From: Vicugna vicugna
Lineage: Eukaryota
Direction: 5' to 3'
Length of the DNA stretch: 64,000 bases
Assembly (NCBI GenBank): GCA_013265495.1
Contig: MU058531.1
Coordinates: 2,232,911-2,296,910, forward strand
Of this stretch, positions 1 to 13,992 are shown piece after piece; the first letter of the stretch is position 1; every line of letters begins with the position of its first letter. The position numbers and the translations under genes were made by a program. The notes under the pieces were generated by a model. That model was given only the letters and a program-made list of their open reading frames with translations, had not been told where the DNA came from and ran no database searches.

Positions 1-1571
1 GTTAGTAAATTAATTCTAATATCAGGTTGCAATTTAAACCATGATTTCATATAGTAATTCTTAAGAAACTTTAGACCCCATTGTATAAAAAACAAGGTCC
101 AGAATTCAGATGAAGCCAAGAGCAGAGGCACGATCTGAATGGGACTACTATTCAGTGGGCCTAAGAGACTTCTGGGTTTACGAACATCTCAGCAACTACA
201 CCTCACAGTCCAGCCATCAAAGAGGCTGTTATCATTATCTGATATTACTTTAAGCACACATTGAATACAATACTGTGTTAAGTACTACACACATACCAAT
301 CCACAGGGACACTCCATCTATCTGGAGTCTATAATTAAAAAGATATGAAAACAGGTATTTCTGGACATGTAACCTCTTTTACCTACCTCAATACATTCAG
401 GCTAGGAAAAGTACCTAATAGCTACATACCATGGCTGGACAAGCCCACATAAAAGGTCATGATTATGACATAGTATAATGAATTTTTTTTAAAAGATGCT
501 CTTCTACAAGTGGTTTTTTTTTAAACTCTGAGCCAAATAACAGATATCCTCCATCATACAGAGATCTATTATGTGAACATCTGCTGAGGCATTTGTAACA
601 CAGGAAATTAAACTCAGTGTATGATCCCAGGGAACTCATTAATGAAAGCCCTCTGGGAACACGTACAAAAGATGATTACACCTCAAAGCTGTTGCCTAAA
701 GATTGAAACATAAGCTAGAGTAAGAAACAGGCCACTCTGACCCAGTCATGTATCCTGAATCCATGCCTTTGTTTTGTTAATGTTCTTTGCACTACAGAAT
801 AAATTCAAACTATTAGGTTTGGGGAAAAAAAGACTATTATTAATATAAGTAATTACAGCAATTAAAGCTGAAAATTACTAAAACTGTGAAATCAAGCTTC
901 ATTATAAACCCATCAAAAGGCTGAAGAATTACACTTTCTTGGTAACACAGAAAGCTATCAAAATTCATCAAGGAAAAATTATGCTTTGAATAATGAATCA
1001 AATCACTGATATCATAAAAAATTAGAAATTATTAGCTGTATAGAAAATTGACCAAGAAATTAAACTGGCCTAGTGGAGCTTGCTCCAGAAAATACTTTCA
1101 CAAAATGTCTCCAGGGTTGAAACAGCATGTCAAAACATTCTGTATCCACTAAGTATCCTTGAGGATCAAGGACCTAAAGAAGAATAGAATATTTAAGTTC
1201 TAGCATTCTGGAACAGGGGTATGTTTGAAAGGAGATCCATGACACTATTACAATTTATTCTTCAACACATTTCATATGTAATACCAGTTAGAATGGGAAA
1301 GGCTGGTGAGAATTTTATAAGTCAATAAAGTATTTCATAGGCCTGAAGGCTGGTTTAAAGTCATATTATTTTTCCTCTACCACAAAGTAAATATATGATA
1401 TCACTCATTATTATTTTCTTTTTCATAAAACCCAGGGGGAGGGAATAAAATGGTTAAAATACCTTTTGTTAAGCTATAAAGCTGTGAAGACATCTTTGTA
1501 AAAATAATAATTACTATTATAAACATGATAAGTGAACAAAGTTGGATAATTTATAGGGTATTCAGTATTAC

Positions 1572-1779
1572 CTGTCTAGGGCACCTTCTAGGTGCTCATG
1601 GGAAACATCAAAATAGTAATTGGTATGTTCTCCACTAGTAAAGGCATTTGAACTTCCTGCATGCTCACTGAGAAACTGGCTGTATTCATTTTCTTTAGGG
1701 TATTTCTTTGTTCCCAAAAATAGCATATGTTCACAAAAATGACTTAAGCCAGCAATATTTGCAGGATCTGACAAGGAAC
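1572..1779 (-). CDS. IDE: Insulin-degrading enzyme, coding exon 3 (208 nt)
   Basis: Encodes [70 protein letters not shown] with the inverted zinc motif HXXEH of M16 peptidases; acceptor ctctttcag, donor AG|gtaata; phase fits exon 2. Confidence 0.99.
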
Positions 1780-2773
1780 CTGAAAGAGAAGAGACAAATC
1801 TATATAAAAAACATTTTTTTTAAAATGTTGAAAGATATCAAGTACTGATGAATCACAGATGATTTGGAAATTTTGTTAGTATGACAAATCTAACCATACA
1901 GTCAGAGCAAGTTAAGCATAGGCTACTCTAAAATGGTGTTGTTTAGATTCTAGTCCCAGCTTCAGTTTGTTTGTGACCGTCGGCAGACACTTAACTTCTA
2001 TGGATATTAGTTTTGTCATACATCACACTGAGAGAAAGAGCTGAATTCACTGTTCTACACTTTCTAGCTCTTATATTTCATTGCAGGAAACAATATAGCA
2101 TAGTGCTAAGAGCATAGGTTTGGGGGTTAGTAACTCTACTAGCTGTGAAACTTTGAGCTAAATACTTTATCTTGCTTCAGTCACTTTTTGTATATGTGCC
2201 TTACTTAGAGAGTTGTGCAAATACAAATTAGATAACCTGCAAAGAACACTGTGCTATGCTTGGCAATAATTATTCGTTCAACTTATGATGGTTATTATCT
2301 TACTTCCCTAATTCTAAAATGCCGTTGAGTGAAATAAAAAGCTTTTCATAGAGGAAAGAAGAAATACACCTCACTAAATGTATACCTGGATTAAGAAGTA
2401 ACTTGTTTAAAGCAATATTAAATGTGGAAGAAATGTGCACACAAGAATTTAGGAAATGCGGTATTTCCTAGTGTACAAAAAGTATATGAAAGTGAAGGCA
2501 TCAGAACTGTTACTGAAAAGGATGGGAATGAACTTCCTTGCTGCTAGGTCACCTTAGCGAGGAACCTAACAAGGTAAAGGTAAATGTAAGATGATTTAAC
2601 GCAGACGACTGTAGATTACCAACAGCTGTGCAGGGCTACTGTACAAAGTAAGGCACATCAAACTGGTAACCACCAGGTCTTTATTCACACAAATATGGAG
2701 AGTTCTAATAAATTAATGTCAAAATTAGGTCAGTGAAACTGAACAAAGCTTAATTCACAATTTTAAATTGTAC

Positions 2774-2958
2774 CTATGTGTACATCAAGTGCTGCTGATG
2801 ATTTATCCGTGGTGGGATCACTGATGAGAAGTACTTTGATACCATTGGCCAGTTCTAGCCCACGGTATTCTCGCTTGTCTTCAGGAGACTTAATGATATG
2901 ATTTTCTAGCCTCTTGATAGCTGGATTATTCATTTTGCTGTAAGTCTTTCTTTGGAAA
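2774..2958 (-). CDS. IDE: Insulin-degrading enzyme, coding exon 2 (185 nt)
   Basis: Encodes [61 protein letters not shown]; acceptor ttttcag, donor AG|gtacaa; Met42 ATG at 2931-2933. Confidence 0.99.
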
Positions 2959-3044
2959 CTGAAAAGAAAAAAAAACTATTAATTGTTGGATTGTGCTTTC
3001 TCTTTTTTAATAAACAAAGAATAACATGTGGAGGAAACTTATTT

Positions 3045-4400
3045 TGTTCCTTTTTCTTATAATGAAGTACAGTTGACCCACAACATTAGTTTCAGGTGTA
3101 TGACAGTGATTCATTATAAATTGATCACCACAATAAGTCTAGTAACCATCTGCCACCATAAAAAAATTATTAAAATATTATTAACTATATTCCCTACATC
3201 CACATTGGCACCTGTTTTATAACTGGAAATCTGCACCTCTTAATCACCTCCATCTATTCTGCCCAACCTCCCTCCTCTCTCCCCTCTGGCAACCAAGAAC
3301 TTCCCCTCTGTATCTGTTTTGTTTGTTTGCTTGTTTAGTTTTTTTTTAGATTCCACACTTAAGGGAAATTATATGGTATTTGTCTTTCTCTGACTTATTT
3401 CACTTAACATAATACTCTCTGGATCCATTTGAGCTATTGCAAATAGCAAGATTCCATGTTTTTCATGGCCGAGTAATATTCCACTGTGTGTGTAGAAGAT
3501 GTACACACATACAGGAATATTAGTCATGAAAAATAATGAACTCCTGCCATTTGCCATTCATCAATGAACACTTAGGTTGCTTCCATATCTTAGCTACTGT
3601 AAATAATGCTGGAACAAGCAGGACTGCCTATTATTTTTCAAATGAATGTTTCCATACTCTTCGGATAAATATCTAGAATTGGAATTGCTGGGTTGAATGA
3701 TAGTTCTAATTCTAAATTTTTGAGGAATCTCCATACTGTTTTCCATTATGGCTGCACAGATTTACATCCCGCCAACAGTGTACACGGGTTCCCTTTCAGT
3801 CTGTGTATGTCTTTATATCTAAACTGAGTCTCTTATAAGGCAGCATATAAACGGGTCTTATTTTTTAATCCATTCAGGCACCCTATGTCCTTATCAAAAT
3901 CATGAAGCACTTAGCTCATTTACATTTAAAGTATTTATTGATAGGCATATAATTATTATCATTTTGTTCATTGTTTTCATAAATTTTCTCTTTCCTTTTT
4001 TTGATGCATTTGTAAAATGGGATTATTTTCGTCATTTCTCTTTCTTAAAGTTTGTTATTACTGTATAGAAATACACCAGATTTCTGTATACTGATTTTTT
4101 GTATCCTGCAACTTTTCATTATTAGTACTCTTTCCTTTCTTATTCTCTTGTTCCCTTTGCTTGTGATTTGATGACTTTCTTTAGTGTTATGTTTGAATTC
4201 CTTTCTCTTTATTTTTTGTATATCTGTTACAGGTTTTTGGTTAGCAGTTACAATGAGGTTCATATACAACAATGTGAAAATCTGTCTTCTAGTCCTCAGG
4301 TCATTCTCAGAGATGTTTGTTCTACATGTAGTTATAGTTTTGGTGTGTCCATGGGAGGAGGTAAGGTCAGGATCTTCCTACTCTACCATCTTCACCTAGA
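3045..4400 (-). mobile_element. Rearranged LINE-1 (L1MA-like) fragments
   Basis: L1 3' end and ORF2 C-terminal remnant (MDPESIMLSEISQRKTN), followed by inter-ORF and ORF2 pieces. Confidence 0.85.
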
Positions 4401-7400
4401 CTCTAGAGGAAACTTTTTATAGCTTATCTACAGGGTATAATCATTTCTCTCCTCCCTCTTATCCTTCATTCTTTCAGAGAAATGCTAACAATATTGTTTT
4501 CATGGAGCCAGTTTGTATCTAGGAGAGCATATGGATGGGAATTTGAGACAGAATTGGTTGGGCCATGAGTTGGTCAGTGTGCTGACCTAGAACAGTGTTC
4601 AGTTACCAATAACTGCTTTCCCATATATTTCAGAGGTATTTACTAGAGTAAGTGAGATGAAAAGTTGTACAAGTATTATTATTGGGTCAACCAAAACACT
4701 ACTCAAACTTATGATATTCAAAGATAGGGCTGATCTGGAACTCATGGGTCTGACATGCACATGCTCAGAACCTAAGGAACAACACCACTAAGGAAAAATC
4801 TTGTGAAGTCCCAGTAAAAATAAGACACTTGGGCTGTCCTATGAAGGCAGCAAAAGTAAAGACATAAAAACAAACAAAACGTTGGAAGGACTCCAGGCAA
4901 TTTTTTTAATCTAGTGAAGAGTTGAATGTCAGACTAGGAACAGTCCAATGACCTTAACAGAGATGTTAGATAATTTCTCAAACAAAGGACTTCCCCTTCC
5001 CCCCATAGTCCTCTCCTTTCTTCTCTAGGAAGGCTGGAGTTACAGCGATGGGAAGGGACTATTAACACACAGAATCCAGTAGGAGTATAAGTCGATATTA
5101 TTGCATTGAAGGGATTTTCCAGATCTGGGGTATGTATGTTTTTGAGACTAAAAAACATAGACTATTTTTGTCTATGTTGGGGACTGCTTAAGAGACAAAA
5201 ATTGAGCCTGCTATTAACAGTAGGCCAATGAACTAATTAGGTAAAGCCAAAAACTTTTCTGAAACTCGGAGGAAAAAATGATCCTAGGCTAACACATTTG
5301 CTTCTGATCTGGAAGACAGAAGAAGCGGATCTAACTGCTCCTTAAAGATTGACAGACATTCAGATTTAAAGGTAAATCATAAATAGGCATGAAATTAATT
5401 TTGGATAAAATATTTATTTTTTGTGTTAAAATCTCTCAAGATAAAGGGAGAGAAAAATCCAGTTTGCTTTTATTAGACTATCTTTCTCTATGAAATCATC
5501 TGTAACTAGTCTTCCAGGTAACAACTGATAAACCAAAGAGGTTCACTCATTTTAAGAATGTCCACTGGAATTATACTATAGGTCATACTTAATGTGTAAT
5601 ACTGATTTTTTAAAAAAACAAATAATACTTTACACAGACAGTACTAATAATCTTGCCCTGTTTATAGTAAAAGTATTTTCTTTAAAAACAGAGCATATTC
5701 ATACTAACATTTTAGGGATATAAGGCCACCATGGAAAATTCAAAAGCAATTTGGAAGTGAAAAGGCATTATTTATGACTCCTTTCTATTTTCTTAGCCAT
5801 AAGCCACTTAAGTTCAATGTCAAAGACAAAAATATCTAAGTGAAAAGTCTTTAAAAATGGTGTTTTGTGGTTAAAACAAAAAATTCTTAAAATAACAGAA
5901 AATGGTCTATCTAAGCCTCCAAAGAGGGTCATAACAATAAGAATCCTGGTTCAGGTATTTCCCAAAGGACAGACAATCTGTTTGGACTGCAGCAAATGCC
6001 TTCAGTACACAGACGGCTTCAAAAACTTTAATTTGGGTTCAATATGCAGTACTGTTTAAAAAAATAAGTTCCAACCTAGCAGCAACATTAAGATTAAATA
6101 AGTCATGAGGCAGTCTCCATTAAGACCCCCAGCAAGAAAGACAGCATTAAAAAGCAACAGTAAAAAAAAGCTCCACGTGCACCACAAAGGATGCCTAAGC
6201 TCCTTCCTGTAAGGCTCTGCTAGAGGAAGGGAGAGGCTTGGAATTCTAGTGATGGATTCCATTAAGTGGGAGAGAAACCAAAGGCTACTTATTTTGGTTC
6301 CATTGCCATTGTTTACACCCAACTCCCTCTACAGTGCTTGCCCCAGGCTAGTTCGATTTATAGGGAAACCACGGGTTACAAATTATTAAAATGTAATAAT
6401 GATGATAATGATGATGACCATGAAACAAGCTCTAAAACTTCTGTCCAATCCATAACTATATTGGGGAGATGAAATACAGCTCACTTTGGAAGGACTGTCT
6501 TATTCTGTGGGAGGTGAAAATTCATTATAATTAAGATAACCACCCTCAAGTATATGCTACATTCTGTATTTTTTTCAGGGTTCAATTTCCCTTGTCCAGC
6601 TTTTCATTTTCTTAGAGGAATAAAAATTATCAGAGTCCATCATAGGCATGTATATAACTCATTTGGACACTGAAGCTATGCCTGGCTAATATCCCTGGTA
6701 TGGGTGAGAGTAAAGAAATGGATTTATTCTGTAAATCAAGCATAAAAATTAATCTGACTCCTTGACAGTATATGAGATCAAAGACAGACATATATTTCTA
6801 AGCTGGCAATGCTCCCAAATCAAATATGACTTCTTGAGGAAGTAAAAGCCAAAAGAAACAGTAGCAACATCTTCAAACAAGACCCGACCCCAGCAATCCA
6901 TATACATTAGGCACAGTCTGCCTTTACCTATAGCATATCTATCAATATGTTCTACAACAGAATGATTCTCACCTTCTGGAGAACTGAAGGAAATGACTGG
7001 GAACTCCTCCTCTGATGATGAATTCCTCAACAGCTTGCCTGTCTCTGTATTTATACTCATGAGATCACATGTCTATCCAACTCAGCTCCCTCATTAGCAT
7101 TTTATTTATTGCAAATGTTCTCCAATGCACCAACGAGCAAGCGACAATGTATTCGGACTTTTAGATGATAAATTAGTGCTAACTCAAATGCTTTTCCAGA
7201 TATCTTTTTGATATTTTTAACCTGTCAAAGTCAAAATCTTGGGAGTAACAAAATTACTTTCAATTTTAGGGACATTATCATACAACTTCATAATAAGGCA
7301 CAGAACTGTCAATGTTTAGCATTCTGATAAACTGGAGATGTTTAGTAATGATAGCGTATCTTGTAACTTTGTTCAGAATTTAAAACAATGACTAAAATCA

Positions 7401-7444
7401 CAGAAGATAAAAGCTGGAGCAGCCTTTAGATGTTATCTACTTCT

Positions 7445-7550
7445 CTGCAGTTTTTGAACTGGGAGCATTAATTCTTAGAATGCAAAACATCAGAAACCAC
7501 CAGAGACCTACTGAGCCAGAATCCACATTTTTACAAGATCCCCACATAGG
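7445..7550. mobile_element. MER5-like hAT DNA transposon remnant
   Basis: agacctactgagccagaatccacatttttacaagatcccc resembles recalled MER5A consensus. Confidence 0.55.
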
Positions 7551-10500
7551 TTAGCCCCTTCATCTTACTTGTAAGGAAACTTAAGGCTACTTGTCCAAGA
7601 CCATACAGTAAAAATTTACAGTTAGGACTCAGCTCTTAACTACCAGTCCTGTGTCCACCTCAGCACCCCATATTCAAACAATTAAGGAGGCCTGTTAAGG
7701 TCCAGATGCCACACCATGCATACTGGTTACAAAGTTAAGTGCACCAGAACCTGTGCTCTAAAGGAATCCAGACTTGTGAGAGATGAAAACAAGTCATTAT
7801 CTTTTAAGTGTGGTGACAAAGTTATCCCCTGGGTACTACGGCAGTAATGAAAGGGGCACCTAACACTCTCTAAGAGGGGAGACAGGGAAAAGAGAAGATG
7901 AGTAGAAGCATGTCAAATAAGAGGAAGGGAATACCTGAGCAAAAAATGGTGGTGAGGAAAAAATATGAGGCATTCAGAGGAAAAACAAGAGCCTGATGTT
8001 AATAGAACTACAAGCAAAACTTCCACTGAAAGATCATGGACTTTTATCTAGGCCTCAATTGCAGGTTTGCAAAACAAATTTCCAAACAGATCAATAAAAA
8101 TTCCTGTATCAAGAGAAAAACTTTAATGCAAATAATTTTTTATTCAGATGACACTTTATAGTCTTTTTTCTCATATCTCTTTAAGTGTCTCAGCCAACTG
8201 AATAGAAGATTGAGCAATTTTACTTTGCCTTTTGGTCCTTACTAACCCCCATGGTCCCAGACATATTTAAAGTTAGACTCAATCCATTTCTAATTTCTAA
8301 ATGGATGACTTATAAACCTCAACAGGTAAGTGATGGAGCTAATAGTCAAATTACAAGTTAAGACCTCCCTTCTGTGGAATCCATCCACTCACTCCCAAAA
8401 CCATAGGTGGAAGTCAAGTTTACCTATGGCACTCCTGAATGTGGAGGAGGTGCCCAGAGAGAAAATGCCTGAAATTAGAATCACATCACAAACCTCTCTT
8501 CCCTGTACAACTCAGAGGTCAGGAAGAGAGAATATCAAGGCAGTGGTGGTAGAAGCCCTTGGATGCCTCACCATAAGATCACATATCATATTCCCAAATA
8601 CTATTCATGTTACTTTACCGAAAAATAACATGTCTCAGGGAACCAACTATACCATGGCTTTTCAGTTAGAGGGACCAACGTATCTCACTTCATGCACCAG
8701 CTGTATCATAAAGGTGAGTACAAACTAAAATCCTGTCAATTAAATCTTACTTTCTCATGATGAGATGAACTGCCTTTGTTCCAGGCAGAATGTCAGCTGC
8801 TCTAACTCTATGCCCTCTGAAAAGGAGTTTACAATGAAAAAAACAAACCCTTAAATGAACATGGGTTGTTGTAATTTAAAGGAATCCTACGGCAATAACG
8901 GTTTAGAGAAAAGAGCTTTTGCAAATTTTGTTACAGTTTTGGTACATCCAGATCAATGGTTGTTCATTCCAAAAGCAAAAGCTTAACATGGAATAATTTA
9001 TAGAAACTTTATGAAGATTTAAGCAAATGAACAAAAACTCCATTTTACACCTCTTGCCACAGTTAACTACAGGTTTCTAACAGTTGTAGTTTGGGGACCC
9101 AGGGTGTTTCCCAAGTATCCTCCTTCCACAGGTAGCCTTCCAGCTGTTAGAAAATGTGAGACAGATGCCACTGTACAAAACTAATCCTAACAACTATTCC
9201 CAAACTGTCATATGCTTTATAAACTGCTCATTGAATCTTTCCATTCTCCATAAGTGGCAGGTCACAGCAGCTGTTCCTGACCATTCTCCTCAATCCCAGA
9301 TGAGAAACAAAAGCTCAGTGATTAAGTGGCTTGCCCAAGGATATTCACACAACTGATCTGCGGCAAAGCTGGAACTACAGAGGAAGCGTGGGAAGGGGAG
9401 GAGCAGAAGGTGATGCTTAAGGAAATCATACGTGACTTTCTTCCCCAGCTCCCAGTAACCACCCCTCAGCCCTTCCCTGACCCCATTCTCCTCCCTTACA
9501 ATTCCAAATAATAAAAACAAGAAAATAAAAATTAAACTAGGTCAACATAAATGCTCCAAGGAAAACTTCCAGTTTTTCACTCATTTCTCCTTATACAGAA
9601 CAGAGATAGGTAGAGGAAGGAGCCTGGAAGAATGTGTCTAACCTGCCGAAGGAGTCTCTGGGCTGAGAACCATATTATCTACTTTGCTAATAAAAAATAA
9701 AAAGGAAAATGTATGGTAGGATTAAATGTATAGCAGGTTTCAAGAGAGACAAGAGCGTGTAGAGTTGTCTCATGGATGAAAGGAAATATGAAAGTAATAC
9801 CATAGTAGACATGGTATGGTTATGGGTGATTTATTTTTCAGAAGCATACATTAAGACATAGAAAAAAAGGAGAAAATAACAATCATCTTGGTAGATGCAA
9901 GTGAAGTGTTTAAATTAAACAACCATTCATATCTTTAAAAATAGTCAGCAAACTAGAAATAGAAAATTTCTTCATCTAAAAAAACTACAAAAACTACAGC
10001 AATTATCATACTTAATGATGAAATAACATATTCATCCTCCATCCCTACAAACAAGATGCCACTATCATTTCTTCTATTAAATATTGTACTAGTAATTAGG
10101 ACCAGTCAATAATGCAAGAAAAAAAAAGATAAGAAAGAAAGCAAAAAAAGAGCTAAGACTATTCATAGGCAAAGTAACTGTGTACACAGAAAATCCCAAG
10201 AATCTACTGACAACTTCCATCTCTGAGTGGGATATAATAGGTCATGGCAACCTGATTCAGCTTCAATAACTAAAAAGCCACAAAAAAAATTACAAATCAC
10301 ATTTTCAAGAATGTTGGAAAGTTGTAGAAGCAAAGAGAATTGGATAAACTGGAATTCCGGAGAAAGAGTCCTCTGAGGTTAGCTGATAATCATCACCTGT
10401 TTTCTTCCTGGGAGGTATTTGCCAATTCTGGGTTCACACTAAAGATCACGCATGGGCTAAAGATCCAGAAGGGCTCTACTCAGGGAAGAAAAATAAGCGA

Positions 10501-10649
10501 GGCTCTGGTGGGTCCATGAACTAGGGTGACAGAGTAAAGCCTCAAGATGCCCCAAATTCACAGGAGATTTTCTGAAGATACTACTACCTATCAATCAGAA
10601 TGGCTAAAATGAAAAGAATGGAAAATACCAAGTGATGGAGAAGTCACAG

Positions 10650-11720
10650 TGATACCGAGCAGGACCTGTGGTTCTCCCTGGTACAAATCTTTTCGTGTTC
10701 CCCATCTCTTGTTTGTAGGAAATAGGTCATGGTCAGTCTCCTTGACCTCTGAGTTCCAAAGGGCAGATCCAAACAGCTGCTAATCAGGGAAGGAAAGGAA
10801 TACAAAAACAAGGGAGGAAAAATCAAGAAACAACAGTGCAGCCTTGGGGCAGGGTCCTGGTTCCTTCTCGAGGAACGTACATAACATTATCTTTAAGTTC
10901 TTCTGTAGGAACTAAGTCTCCCCAACCTCTGCCTCTTGTTTATAGAAAAGCTGAAGTCTCTCAGGCCTTAGATATTTTTTCCTGAGGGACACATGGTCCA
11001 CCAGATTGTTGGCATTCTGATTAAAAGCAACTTTCCTTTTTGTTACCAAGCCTGTTGCCCCAGGATCATACCCCTGCCCCTCCCTCAAATAGAAACCAAT
11101 TACTCTTATCAAAGTCTCAGGAGGCAGCCACAAAGAGAATAGGAACTGGTTAGAACCAACAAAGCCCAAAATGGCAGAGGATTTGACTTCCAGTGGACCT
11201 CTAGCCTCATTATACGCTCATTTTCATGCATTAGCACGCTAAATGACATATTCACCAGTGCCATGACAGCTGACGACTACCAGACTACCATAACAACCGG
11301 AAAAGGACGGAAAAGAAAGGCTATTGGACCAGAAACGGATGCAACATTGTAAACTGACTATACTTCAATTAAAAAAAAATAAATAAAAGTAAATAAAGGC
11401 TACTGGTTCCAGCAAACTCAGAAGGACATAATGGGGAAAGTCTCTCGTAAAAGTCCATGTGGCCCGTCCCAGGCTAGAGGTCTCTAGACCAGCCATCTTG
11501 GCTGATGGCTCCCCAGTAAATCCCCTTTCCCCATACCCTCCACCCAGTATCTTTCTTTACTTTTCCCCACTTGAGTGCTTTCTTTCCTCTTCCTCTTCTG
11601 AGCAATAAAACAGCCATTCACTTTGTCCCTCTGCCTCTCCTGCAAATTCTTTCACAGCCGGTGGCAAGGATCCACACTTTCACAGGCCCCCTAATTTAGG
11701 GGTCTCACTAGCCACTAACA
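10650..11720 (+). mobile_element. ERV1-like solo LTR (~1.07 kb)
   Basis: TG...CA termini, AATAAA near 11604, near-TSD ACAG/ATAG, interrupts an L1. Confidence 0.7.
11328..11394 (+). mobile_element. Very short 5'-truncated L1 tail inside the LTR
   Basis: accagaaa...acattgtaaactgactatacttcaatt + A-rich tail, same 3' end as L1s ending near 17180 and 40220; TSD aaaggctattgg/aaaggctactgg. Confidence 0.8.
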
Positions 11721-13776
11721 ATAGAGCAATCCAAACTTCCATACACTGCTGGTGGGAATACAAATTGGTACAACCATTTTCAAAACCTGACAGTATATAC
11801 TAAAGCTGACAATATGACCTAACAATTCATGTTTTATATACTCAAAATAAATACAGTTATATGTTCGTAGCAATACTATTCATAATAGCCAAAACTAGAA
11901 GAAATCAAATGTTCATTAGCAGTGAGAAGATAAATAAACTGTGATATCTTCACACAAACAACATTAAAAATGAATAATCTAGAACAAAGAATAAAGATAA
12001 GGATGAATCTCACTAACGTAAGGTGGAGTCAAAGAAGTTAGATGCTAAAGAGTATTTTTTTCCTCCTATTTAAATACAGGCCAAGAACAAGTAAAATCAA
12101 GCTATGCCTTTATGTTAGGATGGTGGTTACCCTTGACTTAGGTGTAATGACCAGAAGGAAATATGAGGGGGGCTTCTGAGATGCTGATCATGTGCTGGTT
12201 ATACAGCTATGTTCATACAGGTAGGTTCTGTTTGTGAAAATTTGTCAAGCTGAACACATGACATATTTCAATTAAACATTTTTTAAAATAGAGTTTTTGA
12301 AAATACCATAAAACACAGTAAATTAAAAGGGGAGAGAGATATATGAATTACTCAAGGTTAGAAAGATCATCCACCAAAAGTCATCCTGGAAATGGTATCA
12401 CTTGGATACAGAGAAGTAGCTATTCATATAAAACAGGTGCTAAACTAAGATGGCTCATAAGAAATAATAGTCCAATTAACATGATAATTAGCTAAACCTT
12501 CACAGGTGTGTCCTGAGACAATTATTTCCATTGATGTCATCTTGGCCACAAGAACTAGGAGAGCCATGTAAGCATAGCATGAGTCGTAAGTCAATAATAA
12601 AGTATGTTAAATCTTTTAACGAGTCTTTACTCATGTATGATTTGAAAACTAGCTTTCAGCAATTACTTTAGACCTCAGTTAAGATTTAAAAATAAAACTT
12701 GACACTCCCAGCAACCAATTAAGAGTGACAAGCAATAAATGTAACCCAAATAAAGGCAAAATGATTAAACTTTGAATAAATTCTCCCCTCAACAATTTTC
12801 AACATTTACAGCAAACAACTTCTAACTCAAGATCTGAATTAGACAGGCTCTTTAATTTAAAACAAAACAAAAAGAATACTACATAAATCAGAATTTCTTC
12901 AAACTCAGAATTAATTTTACATTTTGGTCATCTTCCTCATAGGTTTTCCATGATCTCAGAACAGCAAGGACATCTCAAAGATCCCTATCATGGTCTCTAA
13001 AGATTAATTCAAAGGCTAGGAAGAGTTATCAACCTGTAACTAATTCTCTCAAGACAGCCCTGCAAGGTAAGGAAACCAGAAGCACTCATATTCTATACAG
13101 AGGGGTGTATCTTCACTTGAAGGCTCAATTCCACTCAGTTGCACATCCTGGTTCTGACAGAAAGAGAATCTGACCTCTTCAGATAATGCTGGTTCAGGAA
13201 ACTTGACCTCTGCACAATTTCTCCATCTTGGTACCATTTCCAGTGACCCAAGGACCAAGTCCAGACAGTGTTCAGTAACTATACACCTACACTTCTACTA
13301 AATGACCCCTTTGCTGCTCAGATCCTGGATCCTACTGAACGCTTCTGGTCAAACTGGACTTTGGGTCCTCATCTATTACTGTCAATCAAGAGTCACATGA
13401 AGTGTTCACATGGGTGCACTAAATTAACAGAGGTACCTAAAGTTGCATCAGACTTGGGCAGACTTTACAGCATTTCTCCTGTAAAATAGGTAGAGATAAA
13501 CTTCACCAAGGCAGTGTCTAGAACATAGTAGGCACCCACAAATGGTAACCTTATAATCATCAATATTATTATGTTTCTATGGTGGTGAGAAGTAAACAGA
13601 CCACCTCAACAGGCACCATGTTATTACTGGCATTCTTAACACATACTCATGCAAATTCCAGTTGTATATCATCTCCGGGAATGGCTGGTAATAGGATGGT
13701 ACTTCATAAGACTATCAGAAAGACGGGTAAGCGATTACCGCTTTATAATCACTACAGGCAAGCCACTGTTTATAGT

Positions 13777-13992
13777 CAATGGTTCTCAACAGAACCACTT
13801 GCTTCCCAAGGAGATATGTGGCAGTATGTCACAACTAAATTGTCACAACTGAAGGGTGCAACTGGCAACCAGTGAGGAGAGGCCAGGGATGCTGCTAAGC
13901 ATCCTACAATGTACAGGACAGCCTTCATGACAAAGAATTATCTGGCCCAAATTATCCAGCACTGGTCAACAGTGCTAAGGATGAAAGATCTA
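13777..13992. mobile_element. MER20 DNA transposon
   Basis: gaggccagggatgctgctaagcatcctacaatgtacaggacagcc...aaagaattatctggccc matches recalled MER20 core. Confidence 0.85.

Larger units (their letters stand above)
9880..12290 (+). mobile_element. Old L1 (L1M) fragments interrupted by an LTR
   Basis: ORF2-like remnants 9880-10210; 3' part 10580-10645 resumes at 11721 (catacactgctggtgggaatacaaattggtacaacc). Confidence 0.7.

Noticed and set aside
6749..7060. 103-aa ORF sense to IDE with a donor-like AAG|GTGAGA
   Set aside because: No convincing acceptor and no recognisable homology
8330..8728. 132-aa ORF antisense to IDE
   Set aside because: No domain, splice or promoter support; length within chance expectation for 64 kb
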